The translations under genes and the position numbers were made by a program. From Lentimicrobium sp. (lineage in GTDB: Bacteria; Bacteroidota; Bacteroidia; Bacteroidales; Lentimicrobiaceae), in contig DATGXS010000046.1 in assembly GCA_035298745.1 (NCBI GenBank), forward strand, positions 4,317 to 68,316: 64,000 nt of DNA, given 5' to 3'. This document shows positions 44,706-53,590 of the stretch, piece after piece; the first letter of the stretch is position 1; each line of letters begins with the position of its first letter. Below the pieces are notes generated by a model, which saw only the letters and a list, made by a program, of their open reading frames with translations, did not search any database and was not told the origin of the DNA.

Positions 44706-47522
44706 TTATTTCGTCTTTGCTTTAGCGTCCTGGATTAATTTATCGGCCTGTTGGCGGGCAGTAGCCATGACTGCATCAGCTTGTTTTTTTGCCTCAGCCA
44801 TTACATCGTTAGCCCGTTTATCACCTTCTGACTTTACCTTTTCAGCACCTTTCTTAGCAGCGAGTTCAGCTACCATACCATTCTTCTTTCCCTCAGCAAC
44901 CAGTTGATTGGCCTGATTATTTGCTTCATCCCTGATCTTTTGCGCTGATTGATTACCTGTTGCAACTATCTGGTCGGCTTTCTTCTGTGCTTCCGCTAAT
45001 AACTGCTGTGCTTTTGCATTCGCTTCCTCCACATATTTACCCACCTCTTCTTTAGCCTTGGTAATAACTTCTTCCTTTTTCTGCTGAATAGTCTCTTTCA
45101 GAGTTTCTTTTAAACCTTCCTTTGTACCGGTTAAACTTAGCCTTACCTTAGGATCGGTTACTGTACCTGAAATAATTACAGCTACGGGTACAGTTTCACT
45201 TAATGAAAAATTGGCACCTTTTGAATTGGCCTGATTAACCAGGTTCGTAAGAACATTATTGGCCGCGCCACCAAATGAACTTCGTGGTATCTTCATATTC
45301 AGCACATATTCAAGCGTTTGATCAAATGAGTTCCAACCTGAAATTTCAGTATTGAAATTACCTATTTTGGTGGTAAATGGTTTAACATTGACTTTTCCAG
45401 CTTCTATTTTGAATGAAAGGTTTACTTTTTCAATTGCCCACCGCTTAAATTGCTCCATCTTAAGTGCATCGGCAATCTTGCTGAATACTTTTGCATTATT
45501 GATTACCAGTTCGGGCGATTTGAGGTTTCCATTACCTACAAGCGTAGCGGGTTGAGGCATCATATCCTTTCCAAGTGCTGTTGAAATCTTCAGATCGGAA
45601 CTTATCTTGCCTTCGGTCAGCCGGGCAATTGGTGCCAGCTTTTTAACAGTGACAAAATTTTCAAAGGCTTGCTTTACCTGTATATTACTAATATTCATTG
45701 CCATATCCAACAGAGGCTGATCAGGATTTTTTGTAGAATAACTTCCGTTCAATGTCATCTGACCATCCATAGTGTTGAACTTTATGTTTTGAAGTGTCAA
45801 TTGCTGATCCATCACTGTCAGCACACCGGTAACATTAGTAAGCTCCATTTTGTCGTAGATGACTTTTTTGAAGGACGAGTTAAGGCGGAATTCAATATTT
45901 TTCGGTATCTCAATCACTGTCATGTTAGAACTTGCAGTATCGTTTACAACTGTTGAGTCTTCAGTCATAAAGTCGTTCACATTAAAGTAGCCCGACTGCA
46001 TTTCCATTATTCCTCTTAATGCACCTTTGTCAAAAGCATACGCCAGGTAGTTGCTAATTCTACCACTTGCAGATATATCATTTTTCCCCATAATCATATT
46101 CATCACAGGCATTGTGATTGCTTCCGGCGAGAGAATAAACTTTACAGTAGAAATAGCAAGGCCCTCGGGTGTAGATTGACTGTAGTACTTTAAGTTAGAA
46201 ATATCTACATTTCCAGCTGCCTGAAATTCTTTAAACCGCTGATTTTCGGCATCCGACTGATTCCCTTTTACAGCAAAGTCAGCAACGACTAAACCTGACA
46301 ACTGGTCACCCTTTTCAAGCGGGTATACCTTTGATACATCAGCAAGATCTATTCTTCCTTTTACGGTGGCATCAAGATATGGGTCACTCACAGGTGTTTT
46401 GGCATATATCACCGCATCAATCGGGTTCTGCAACATCATCAGGTGGAATTTTGGTACATTGATGGTAGTAGCATCCGGATCACCCGTTTTATTATCAATC
46501 TGAGCTTTAATATTGATATTTTCAACAGCGCCAGGCAGATCAGGGTATTTGAACATGCCATTGGTTATGTCAAGGCTAACACCAAAAGCAGGCATGGATT
46601 TTTCGTTATATTTACCTTTTACATAACCATTAAAAGCCAGATTTCCTGAAGATTTTACTTTATCAAAATCTTTTGCATACACCGCAGGGACAAGTGAGAG
46701 GAATGTCTTGAAGTCGTTTTTAACCGCTTCAAACTTTATATCCATATCAAAGCCATCATCGGGCATGGCGAAGTAGCCTGCTGTAAGCATTTCAAGGTCA
46801 TTTACAAAAAGGTGTGCATCAGGAAAAGTAAATTTGAACTTATCAAGGTCAGCGGTAATTTTTGAATCAAGCTTTGCTTTCGCATGGTTCAGGTACCTGA
46901 TGCCATCGTAATCAACGTCGAGTCTACTTATGGAAGTTTTTGTATCAAGATCGGTGATAGTTTCAGTGAGATCTCCGCTCAGGTTTAAGTCAATATCTTC
47001 ACCCTTTACAAACATCTTCAATGACTGGTCGTCGTAAACCAGGTAAGAATCTGAAATATTAAATCTTTGAAGTGATAGTTTAAAATTTGAAGGCCCGGCA
47101 GTTGTATCGACTACGGCAGTTGTATCTTCTTTGACAATATCCCAGTTTGCCTTTCCACTTGAAAGCACCTTCAGGTATATACGGGCATTATTAACATCAA
47201 TGGTTCGAACTTCGTAATTTGATCCCCTGAATAAACTCATGAGGTTTATGCTCAATGAAAAATCAGGAACATTAATCAATGTATCACCTTTAAACTCGTC
47301 TATTCCTGTAATCCTTAGTGAATCAAGGCTTACTGCAACATTTGGGAAATGCCTGAAGAGTGAAATGCTAAGGTCGCTGAACTCCATCTTAGCGTTTATA
47401 TTTTCATTGGCTGCTTTCTTCACTTCGGTGATAATCTTTCCCTTAAAAAGGAAAGGTATTAAGATCATTACCAGAATTAGGAACACAATAACAATTGCCG
47501 TGATTTTGATTATCCTTTTCAT
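44706..47522 (-). CDS. AsmA-family bridge-like lipid transfer protein
   Basis: N-terminal TM anchor then PFLFKGKI...ANENINAK, repeated beta-groove segments, helical C-tail. Start set at MKRII. Confidence 0.88.
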   Translation of the reverse strand: MKRIIKITAIVIVFLILVMILIPFLFKGKIITEVKKAANENINAKMEFSDLSISLFRHFPNVAVSLDSLRITGIDEFKGDTLINVPDFSLSINLMSLFRGSNYEVRTIDVNNARIYLKVLSSGKANWDIVKEDTTAVVDTTAGPSNFKLSLQRFNISDSYLVYDDQSLKMFVKGEDIDLNLSGDLTETITDLDTKTSISRLDVDYDGIRYLNHAKAKLDSKITADLDKFKFTFPDAHLFVNDLEMLTAGYFAMPDDGFDMDIKFEAVKNDFKTFLSLVPAVYAKDFDKVKSSGNLAFNGYVKGKYNEKSMPAFGVSLDITNGMFKYPDLPGAVENINIKAQIDNKTGDPDATTINVPKFHLMMLQNPIDAVIYAKTPVSDPYLDATVKGRIDLADVSKVYPLEKGDQLSGLVVADFAVKGNQSDAENQRFKEFQAAGNVDISNLKYYSQSTPEGLAISTVKFILSPEAITMPVMNMIMGKNDISASGRISNYLAYAFDKGALRGIMEMQSGYFNVNDFMTEDSTVVNDTASSNMTVIEIPKNIEFRLNSSFKKVIYDKMELTNVTGVLTVMDQQLTLQNIKFNTMDGQMTLNGSYSTKNPDQPLLDMAMNISNIQVKQAFENFVTVKKLAPIARLTEGKISSDLKISTALGKDMMPQPATLVGNGNLKSPELVINNAKVFSKIADALKMEQFKRWAIEKVNLSFKIEAGKVNVKPFTTKIGNFNTEISGWNSFDQTLEYVLNMKIPRSSFGGAANNVLTNLVNQANSKGANFSLSETVPVAVIISGTVTDPKVRLSLTGTKEGLKETLKETIQQKKEEVITKAKEEVGKYVEEANAKAQQLLAEAQKKADQIVATGNQSAQKIRDEANNQANQLVAEGKKNGMVAELAAKKGAEKVKSEGDKRANDVMAEAKKQADAVMATARQQADKLIQDAKAKTK

Positions 47523-47693
47523 TGGAATATGAGTTATAAGTTTATTTATGGTCAAGTTATAAACGCACGAACGTGGTTTATTATTCTGAGAACTGATAAA
47601 ACACCTTAAACTGTCAATTTGAGATACTAAAATAATTAGTACTGTATCTGCATTTGTTCGAGGTTATCGCCTAATTTTTGTTAAGTGTATTTT

Positions 47694-48770
47694 TCAAATA
47701 CTAACTGAAGCCTGTAAAAGCAGATCAGTAATTGCTAATGCTGCCATCGCTTCAACCACCGGCACAGCCCTTGGAACTATACAAACGTCGTGCCTGCCTC
47801 CAATATTCAGTATAATTGGATTGCCTTCTTTGTCAATGGTTTGTTGTGAGCCTGAAATGGAAGAAACCGGTTTAAAAGCCACCCTGAACCATATATCTTC
47901 ACCGGTGCTGATACCACCCAAAATACCGCCGGCATGATTTGTTGCCGGTTTGATTTCTCCTGAAACTTTCTCAAATACATCATTATGTTGAGACCCTTTC
48001 ATGGCTGCAGCAGCAAAACCTTCGCCATATTCAAAACCCTTCACAGCATTAATACTTAAAACCGCACCACCCAAAACAGCCTGGAACCTGTCGTAGACAG
48101 GCTCACCCAGTCCGGCAGGAACACCTTTTACAACGCATGTTACAACCCCACCGGCAGAATCACCTGCCCGTTTAATTTCTTCAAGATACGTATTCATTTG
48201 CTTCTCGGCTTCTTTATCTGGACAACGAAGAGGAGAAGATTCTGTTAGGGTAAGATCCAACTCATTATATGAACGTGAAGTTCTTACATGGCCTATTTGT
48301 GATACATATCCTGCAATTGAAATGCCCTTCAATGAAAGCACTTGTCGGCAAAACGCACCTGCAGCTACTCTAACAGCAGTTTCTCTTGCTGAGGAGCGAC
48401 CTCCTCCCCTATAATCATGGAAACCATACTTTTTATCATAAGTAAAACCTGCATGCGAAGGTCGGTAAACCTCCTTTAAATGTTCATAATCAGCAGGTTT
48501 CTGTGAAGTATTGCTGATGAAAAAAGCGATAGGTGCACCTGTTGACTTTCCTTCAAAAATTCCTGAAACAACTTGAATAATATCTGGCTCCTTTCTGGGA
48601 GAACTAAAACTGCTATTACCGGGAGACCGCCGGTCGAGTTCAGCCTGTATTTTGGTGATATCTATCTGAATTCCTGATGGAAATCCGTCAATAACGCCAC
48701 CAATAAGTGCACCATGTGATTCTCCGAAAGATGTTAACCGGAGTACTTTTCCGAATGTGTTTCCTGACAT
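47694..48770 (-). CDS. aroC: Chorismate synthase
   Basis: TSFGESHG, YRPSHA, GGGRSSARET, GGILGGIS, GRHDVCIVPRAVPVVEAM. Confidence 0.97.
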   Translation of the reverse strand: MSGNTFGKVLRLTSFGESHGALIGGVIDGFPSGIQIDITKIQAELDRRSPGNSSFSSPRKEPDIIQVVSGIFEGKSTGAPIAFFISNTSQKPADYEHLKEVYRPSHAGFTYDKKYGFHDYRGGGRSSARETAVRVAAGAFCRQVLSLKGISIAGYVSQIGHVRTSRSYNELDLTLTESSPLRCPDKEAEKQMNTYLEEIKRAGDSAGGVVTCVVKGVPAGLGEPVYDRFQAVLGGAVLSINAVKGFEYGEGFAAAAMKGSQHNDVFEKVSGEIKPATNHAGGILGGISTGEDIWFRVAFKPVSSISGSQQTIDKEGNPIILNIGGRHDVCIVPRAVPVVEAMAALAITDLLLQASVSI

Positions 48771-48823
48771 GATGCTAATTTAAGGATAATTTGAAAGGAG
48801 AATGGCAGGAACTGGATAAAAAA

Positions 48824-50848
48824 TCAGGCGTTGTAACTATGATGAACCGCATCCTTTTGAACCTTTAAATAAAACCACCCACAAAAAGAGAGCTCAGTTC
48901 GCTTTAAATTAACATCGTTAAAATCTATTGATAACGGAATAAGGTAAATGGCAAAATAATTGGGATAGGTTTTTGAAACTGCCTGTGAAAGGTCTTTTGG
49001 TGTGATAAATACATAATCCTGATGATATTCTGTACTTGTTGATGGCAGATCCAATTTAATCAAGTACCAGCATGGTTCATCTGACAGAACAGTACTTTTT
49101 TCAATAGTTCCTTTGTTGGGTAAATATTCTGCAGTTAGTGAATTATTGGTGAGTGTTTGGAGGTCTATTAACTGCCCAACTTTCAAATCTACAGAGATTC
49201 TTTCAGTTAGCTCAATGTTGACTTTTACAGGTGCCCAATATCCTTTTTTCAGAGTGATATGACTAAGATTGATTGACATATATACAATCAACCAGGTACC
49301 AGCTTTAAATGAAGCTAGTAGCTCATCAGTTGCTATGCCGGGTGACCATCTTATGCTCTGTATTATAAATTCAAAAAGCAGAATTCCTGTCAGTGAAATG
49401 AATAAATAGTCATGAAGATTCTTATTGTCTATTGATTTCTTTTCATCAAAGTATATAGATTGGTTTATAGTATTGTTTTTCAAAATATTAAATATCTGAA
49501 CCTGGACAATAACAATAATAATAGAAATGAATCCTAAATGGGATACTTTTTGGTTGATAATCCAGAAATCAAAAAAACCATGCAGGAAGGCTGCAATCAG
49601 GAAAAACAAACCAAACATAAGGTACTTGTTCTTATTATACCTGAATCTGTTAATTGCCATACCATAGCAAATAACAGAAGTGTTGAACATGTGGACCATT
49701 ACTGATAAGAGAGCCCTCCCATGAATTATGCCCAGATCTTCTTCCCTGAAATAAATAAGATTTTCGGCAAAGGCAAAGCCAAGTGCAGAAAGAGCTCCAT
49801 ACAGGATGTAGTCGTAAGGCTCATCAATTTGTTTGCTAAATTTCAATAGCAGCAGTACAGGAATTATTTTAACCAGTTCTTCTACCGCACCAATTCCTAT
49901 CATGCAGTACAGGAAATCATTGAGGATATTTCCGTTTAAATCAAAGCCGAGTATATAATTATTTAAATCACTAAGGGGATAGACAATAAGCGTTGAAAGC
50001 ATTCCACCTATTACAATTAATACTGGATATTGCCATTTTTCTTTCTCGAAAATATCTAATTTAAGCAGGAATATAGCCCAACTCAATAAGATCAGGAGAG
50101 CAGCTAAAAATCCATACACATTTACGTCAGTTGATCGATTGAATAAGGTTTTTACGTAATTAAAAAAATCAAGCCTTGTGAAATATATGCTTTCTTTAAG
50201 GTAGTATGGAAAATAACCGGAGATACTTTCATCATAAAGCATTTCCACTAACCGGGCATTCTCGCCTTTGTATTCAAGTAACCTGATCAAATTTGAATAA
50301 GCACCGTCAATATTACCTTTTAACTGAATTTCCTTTAAAAAGTATTTTTCAGCTTGTTTTACAGAATCAATATTCACCATTGCAAAGCCAATGGAATTGT
50401 TAACATAAGGTAGATTTTTATTTCTTACCTGTAAGAAGTAATTGAGTGCGCTATGGTAGTCTTCTGACAACGATTGAATCAGACCGTTTCCATAAAGACC
50501 TATGTCAGCAATAATGGTATCGGATGACTGGGCAAGGCGGGAATAATATGATTTCAGGCTATCATCAACTCTTAATTTTTCTTTCGTTTCGGAAATTGAG
50601 AAGTGATTATTTATAAATTGATAGTGAAGATTGAGGTTGGTAGAGTCATCTTTTAATAACTTGCATAATGTAACCTCAGCATTTTGATAATCTTTAGTAC
50701 TTATTTGAAACTCAAGCTTTTTATACGGGTCAGTGAATTCCTGCTCAGTTGAAATGGCATTTATTAACGATACAATGGCGAAAAAAATAAGCCATGTCAC
50801 CCAAATAGGTTTACGGCTATAATATTCAGCGTTACCAGTTATGATCAA
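48824..50848 (-). CDS. prsW: PrsW-family intramembrane protease with a TPR-like N-terminal domain
   Basis: GAVEELVK (EExxK), LGFAFAEN, H, and HGFFDF PrsW motifs. Helical-repeat region before the TM block. Confidence 0.85.
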   Translation of the reverse strand: MIITGNAEYYSRKPIWVTWLIFFAIVSLINAISTEQEFTDPYKKLEFQISTKDYQNAEVTLCKLLKDDSTNLNLHYQFINNHFSISETKEKLRVDDSLKSYYSRLAQSSDTIIADIGLYGNGLIQSLSEDYHSALNYFLQVRNKNLPYVNNSIGFAMVNIDSVKQAEKYFLKEIQLKGNIDGAYSNLIRLLEYKGENARLVEMLYDESISGYFPYYLKESIYFTRLDFFNYVKTLFNRSTDVNVYGFLAALLILLSWAIFLLKLDIFEKEKWQYPVLIVIGGMLSTLIVYPLSDLNNYILGFDLNGNILNDFLYCMIGIGAVEELVKIIPVLLLLKFSKQIDEPYDYILYGALSALGFAFAENLIYFREEDLGIIHGRALLSVMVHMFNTSVICYGMAINRFRYNKNKYLMFGLFFLIAAFLHGFFDFWIINQKVSHLGFISIIIVIVQVQIFNILKNNTINQSIYFDEKKSIDNKNLHDYLFISLTGILLFEFIIQSIRWSPGIATDELLASFKAGTWLIVYMSINLSHITLKKGYWAPVKVNIELTERISVDLKVGQLIDLQTLTNNSLTAEYLPNKGTIEKSTVLSDEPCWYLIKLDLPSTSTEYHQDYVFITPKDLSQAVSKTYPNYFAIYLIPLSIDFNDVNLKRTELSFCGWFYLKVQKDAVHHSYNA

Positions 50849-50938
50849 ATGACAACAGAGTTGAGTGCGGAGCCAAAGATATAAAAGAAGGCGAATTCTA
50901 ACATAATACGCAGAGCGAATAATTAACTTATAGTCAAA

Positions 50939-50967
50939 TAAAACAAAAGCCCGGATAACCGGGCTTT
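50939..50967 (-). terminator. Intrinsic terminator after the DUF349 gene
   Basis: AAAGCCCGG / CCGGGCTTT stem with ATAA loop and a T-rich tail on the minus strand. Confidence 0.8.
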
Positions 50968-51013
50968 ATTTTATTACAATTACTCTCTTGTTGCAAAAGA
51001 ACAACAAATTTGA

Positions 51014-53248
51014 TTAATTCGATTCTCTCAACATTTTAAGCTTGGCTTCATAAAGTGCAAGCTCTTCTTTTGCTTTGCTGATCTTCTTTTCAAATTCAGT
51101 CTTGAGCAGATTTGCAGTCTTTGAAGCTGCAAAGAAACCAATGTTGTTTTCCCACAACTTGATATCTTCCTGCAATTGCTGGATTTTACCAAGTAAGAAA
51201 TTGCGTTCTTTACTGATAATTCTGCCTGCTTCAGGAGCTTCCTTACTGATTTTGTCGATCTTATTCCTGTAATTCTGAGCACCCATGGCAAAAGATTCCA
51301 TTTTAAGCTTTTCGAAGTGTTTGTTAACCACACTACGGAACTCATTCTGGAGTTTTTCTTTTTCTTTGATAGGAATAAAGCCGATCTCCATCCATTGTCT
51401 TTGGTAATCTTTTAATGCTTCAACTGCAGCATTCCTGTCGTCACCAATTTCAAAAGCTTTTACCTTTTCAATAAGATCCTGCTTAAGTTTGAGGTTTTCA
51501 TCCTCATGACTCTGGATATTTTTGAAGTAATCAGTTTTCCTGGTAAAGAATTCATCACAGGCAGCCCTGAAACGTTTCCAAATGCGATCACTCTGTTTAC
51601 GTGGAACAGGGCCAATCTTCTTCCATTCTGACTGAAGGTTTATAAGTTCTTTGGTTGTATTTTTCCAGTCGTTGCTATTCTTAAGTGATTCAGCCTGCAG
51701 GCAGAGATCAAGCTTAAGATTGTAGTTGTGCATCTGCTGCTCCTTCAGTTTATTGAAGAAGTCCTTCTTAGCATTGAAGAAATTATCGAGCGATGCTTTA
51801 AAGCGTGACCATATTTCGTTATTCTGTTTCTTTGGGGCCGGGCCGATAGTCTTCCAGATTTTCAAAAGTTCGGTTATCTGGTTAGAGGCATCCTGCCATC
51901 CTTTAATAGAATCAATTTCCTGTGAGAGCACCTGTTCGGCTTTTTCACATAAAATCTGCTTAGCGGCAAGATTCTGCTCTTGTCCATCCTGAACTTCGTT
52001 GTAGTATTCCCTGCGGCGTTCATTGATTTTTTCAGTAGCACTCTTGAAGCGATCCCATAGCTCATCTTTCTTATCCTGAGGAACAGGACCTATTTCCTTC
52101 CACTCCTCATGATATTGTTGTAATTGCTTGAATGATTTAATGATTGAAGTTTCAAGCAACAATTCTTCTGCCTTTTCACAAAGTTGCATCTTTGCTTCAA
52201 GGTTCTTTTTTAGGTCAAGATCTTTTAATTCCTTGTTAATTTTTACTTTATCGAAGAACTTCTCAACAAGGAAATGGTAATTCTGCCATAAGGTATTGAT
52301 GTCATTTTTTGGCACCATGCCGATGGTTTTCCACTTCTCCTGGAGGGTTTTAAACTCATCGTACGTTTTCTTCAGGGTTTCCTCTGAATTGATAAGGTTT
52401 TTAAGTTCCTCTAAAATCTGGTTTTTTGCTTCCAGATTCTGGACTTTAACCTTTTCCTGCTCTTCGTTATATTTTGCTTTATTGTGCTTATAGATGTTGA
52501 AAGCAGCTTTAAATCGCTCTTCAATAGCATCATCCTGTATTGCAGGAACTTCAGCTGTTTCACCTTCACTTTCAACGTTTTGTTCAACTAATTTCTGGTA
52601 CTCATCATGTTTGAATTCTTTGTTGAGTTTCAGGAATGCAACCTTAACGTTTGAAACTGCGCTCTTAATTGCATTTACATTACTGTCCTGAACCAACTCC
52701 TCAAGTTTTTCTACCAGTTGCTCTCTGTTGAGGCCTTCAAATGCGGGAGAAGTTTCAATTTCTTCATGTGATTCTTCAATTTCATCCACATCTTCCTCAT
52801 CCTGATGTTCAAGAAGTATTTCTTCATGAACTGGAGAAGGTTGCTCTTTAATTGCCTCTTCCTGGTCAACTGCTTCTTCTTTAACTTCCGCGGCAATAGC
52901 CGTAGTAGCCACACCCTCTTCAATAACAGGTTCAAACGCCTTACCTTCATCTTCAACAACAGGTGTTTCTACCTTTGTTTCAGCTTCAACCGGCTCTTCA
53001 AGAGTAACGGGTGCTTGTCCTTTAACAGGCTCTTCTGCAACAGTTTCTTCAACAGAACTGTTAGTTTCAATGGATGATTCCTCAATAGTAACGGGTAACT
53101 GAGCACTTGCCGGTTCTTCGGCGGTTTCTTCTGTATCCGTTTCAGCCTGCACCTGTGGTGTGGTAGATTCACTTAAAACTTGGGAATTCTCCTCCTGATT
53201 TAATTGAACTTCTTCAGGATTCTGATTGTGTTGGTCTTTCATGTTCAT
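51014..53248 (-). CDS. DUF349 repeat protein with acidic disordered N-terminus
   Basis: Repeated N...K..LCEKAE...W..IGPVP......W.RF..A...FF units. Confidence 0.9.
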   Translation of the reverse strand: MNMKDQHNQNPEEVQLNQEENSQVLSESTTPQVQAETDTEETAEEPASAQLPVTIEESSIETNSSVEETVAEEPVKGQAPVTLEEPVEAETKVETPVVEDEGKAFEPVIEEGVATTAIAAEVKEEAVDQEEAIKEQPSPVHEEILLEHQDEEDVDEIEESHEEIETSPAFEGLNREQLVEKLEELVQDSNVNAIKSAVSNVKVAFLKLNKEFKHDEYQKLVEQNVESEGETAEVPAIQDDAIEERFKAAFNIYKHNKAKYNEEQEKVKVQNLEAKNQILEELKNLINSEETLKKTYDEFKTLQEKWKTIGMVPKNDINTLWQNYHFLVEKFFDKVKINKELKDLDLKKNLEAKMQLCEKAEELLLETSIIKSFKQLQQYHEEWKEIGPVPQDKKDELWDRFKSATEKINERRREYYNEVQDGQEQNLAAKQILCEKAEQVLSQEIDSIKGWQDASNQITELLKIWKTIGPAPKKQNNEIWSRFKASLDNFFNAKKDFFNKLKEQQMHNYNLKLDLCLQAESLKNSNDWKNTTKELINLQSEWKKIGPVPRKQSDRIWKRFRAACDEFFTRKTDYFKNIQSHEDENLKLKQDLIEKVKAFEIGDDRNAAVEALKDYQRQWMEIGFIPIKEKEKLQNEFRSVVNKHFEKLKMESFAMGAQNYRNKIDKISKEAPEAGRIISKERNFLLGKIQQLQEDIKLWENNIGFFAASKTANLLKTEFEKKISKAKEELALYEAKLKMLRESN

Positions 53249-53590
53249 TTAAGAAATCAAATGAATGATTAGTACTGTGTTAAAAAAATGCCTTCCTTTT
53301 TTTGCAAAACTAAGCTTGGAGTATTGAGTCCGGGAGTGTTTTACAGATAAGGTCGGCCAGATATTAACTGTTAATTTAATTCAGTTTTTTGGCTCATTAT
53401 TAATTAGGGTTGCAAAAATAAGAATTATTTTATCCAATTTACCTAGTAGTCTCTTTATTAATAGAATAATTGCATCTATTCCCCGAAATAAAATGCTCAT
53501 TCTTCAGTCTGGGCTAATCAGATATTAAACATTTAACTTTTGAAATCTACTTGTCAAAAATTAAAAAGAACCCGGGCATTGTGCAAAAAA

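Noticed and set aside
53249-53590. 340-bp spacer upstream of the DUF349 gene as an ncRNA or small ORF
   Set aside because: Two -7 matches (53305-53312 and 53413-53420, minus strand) but no convincing structure or ORF.
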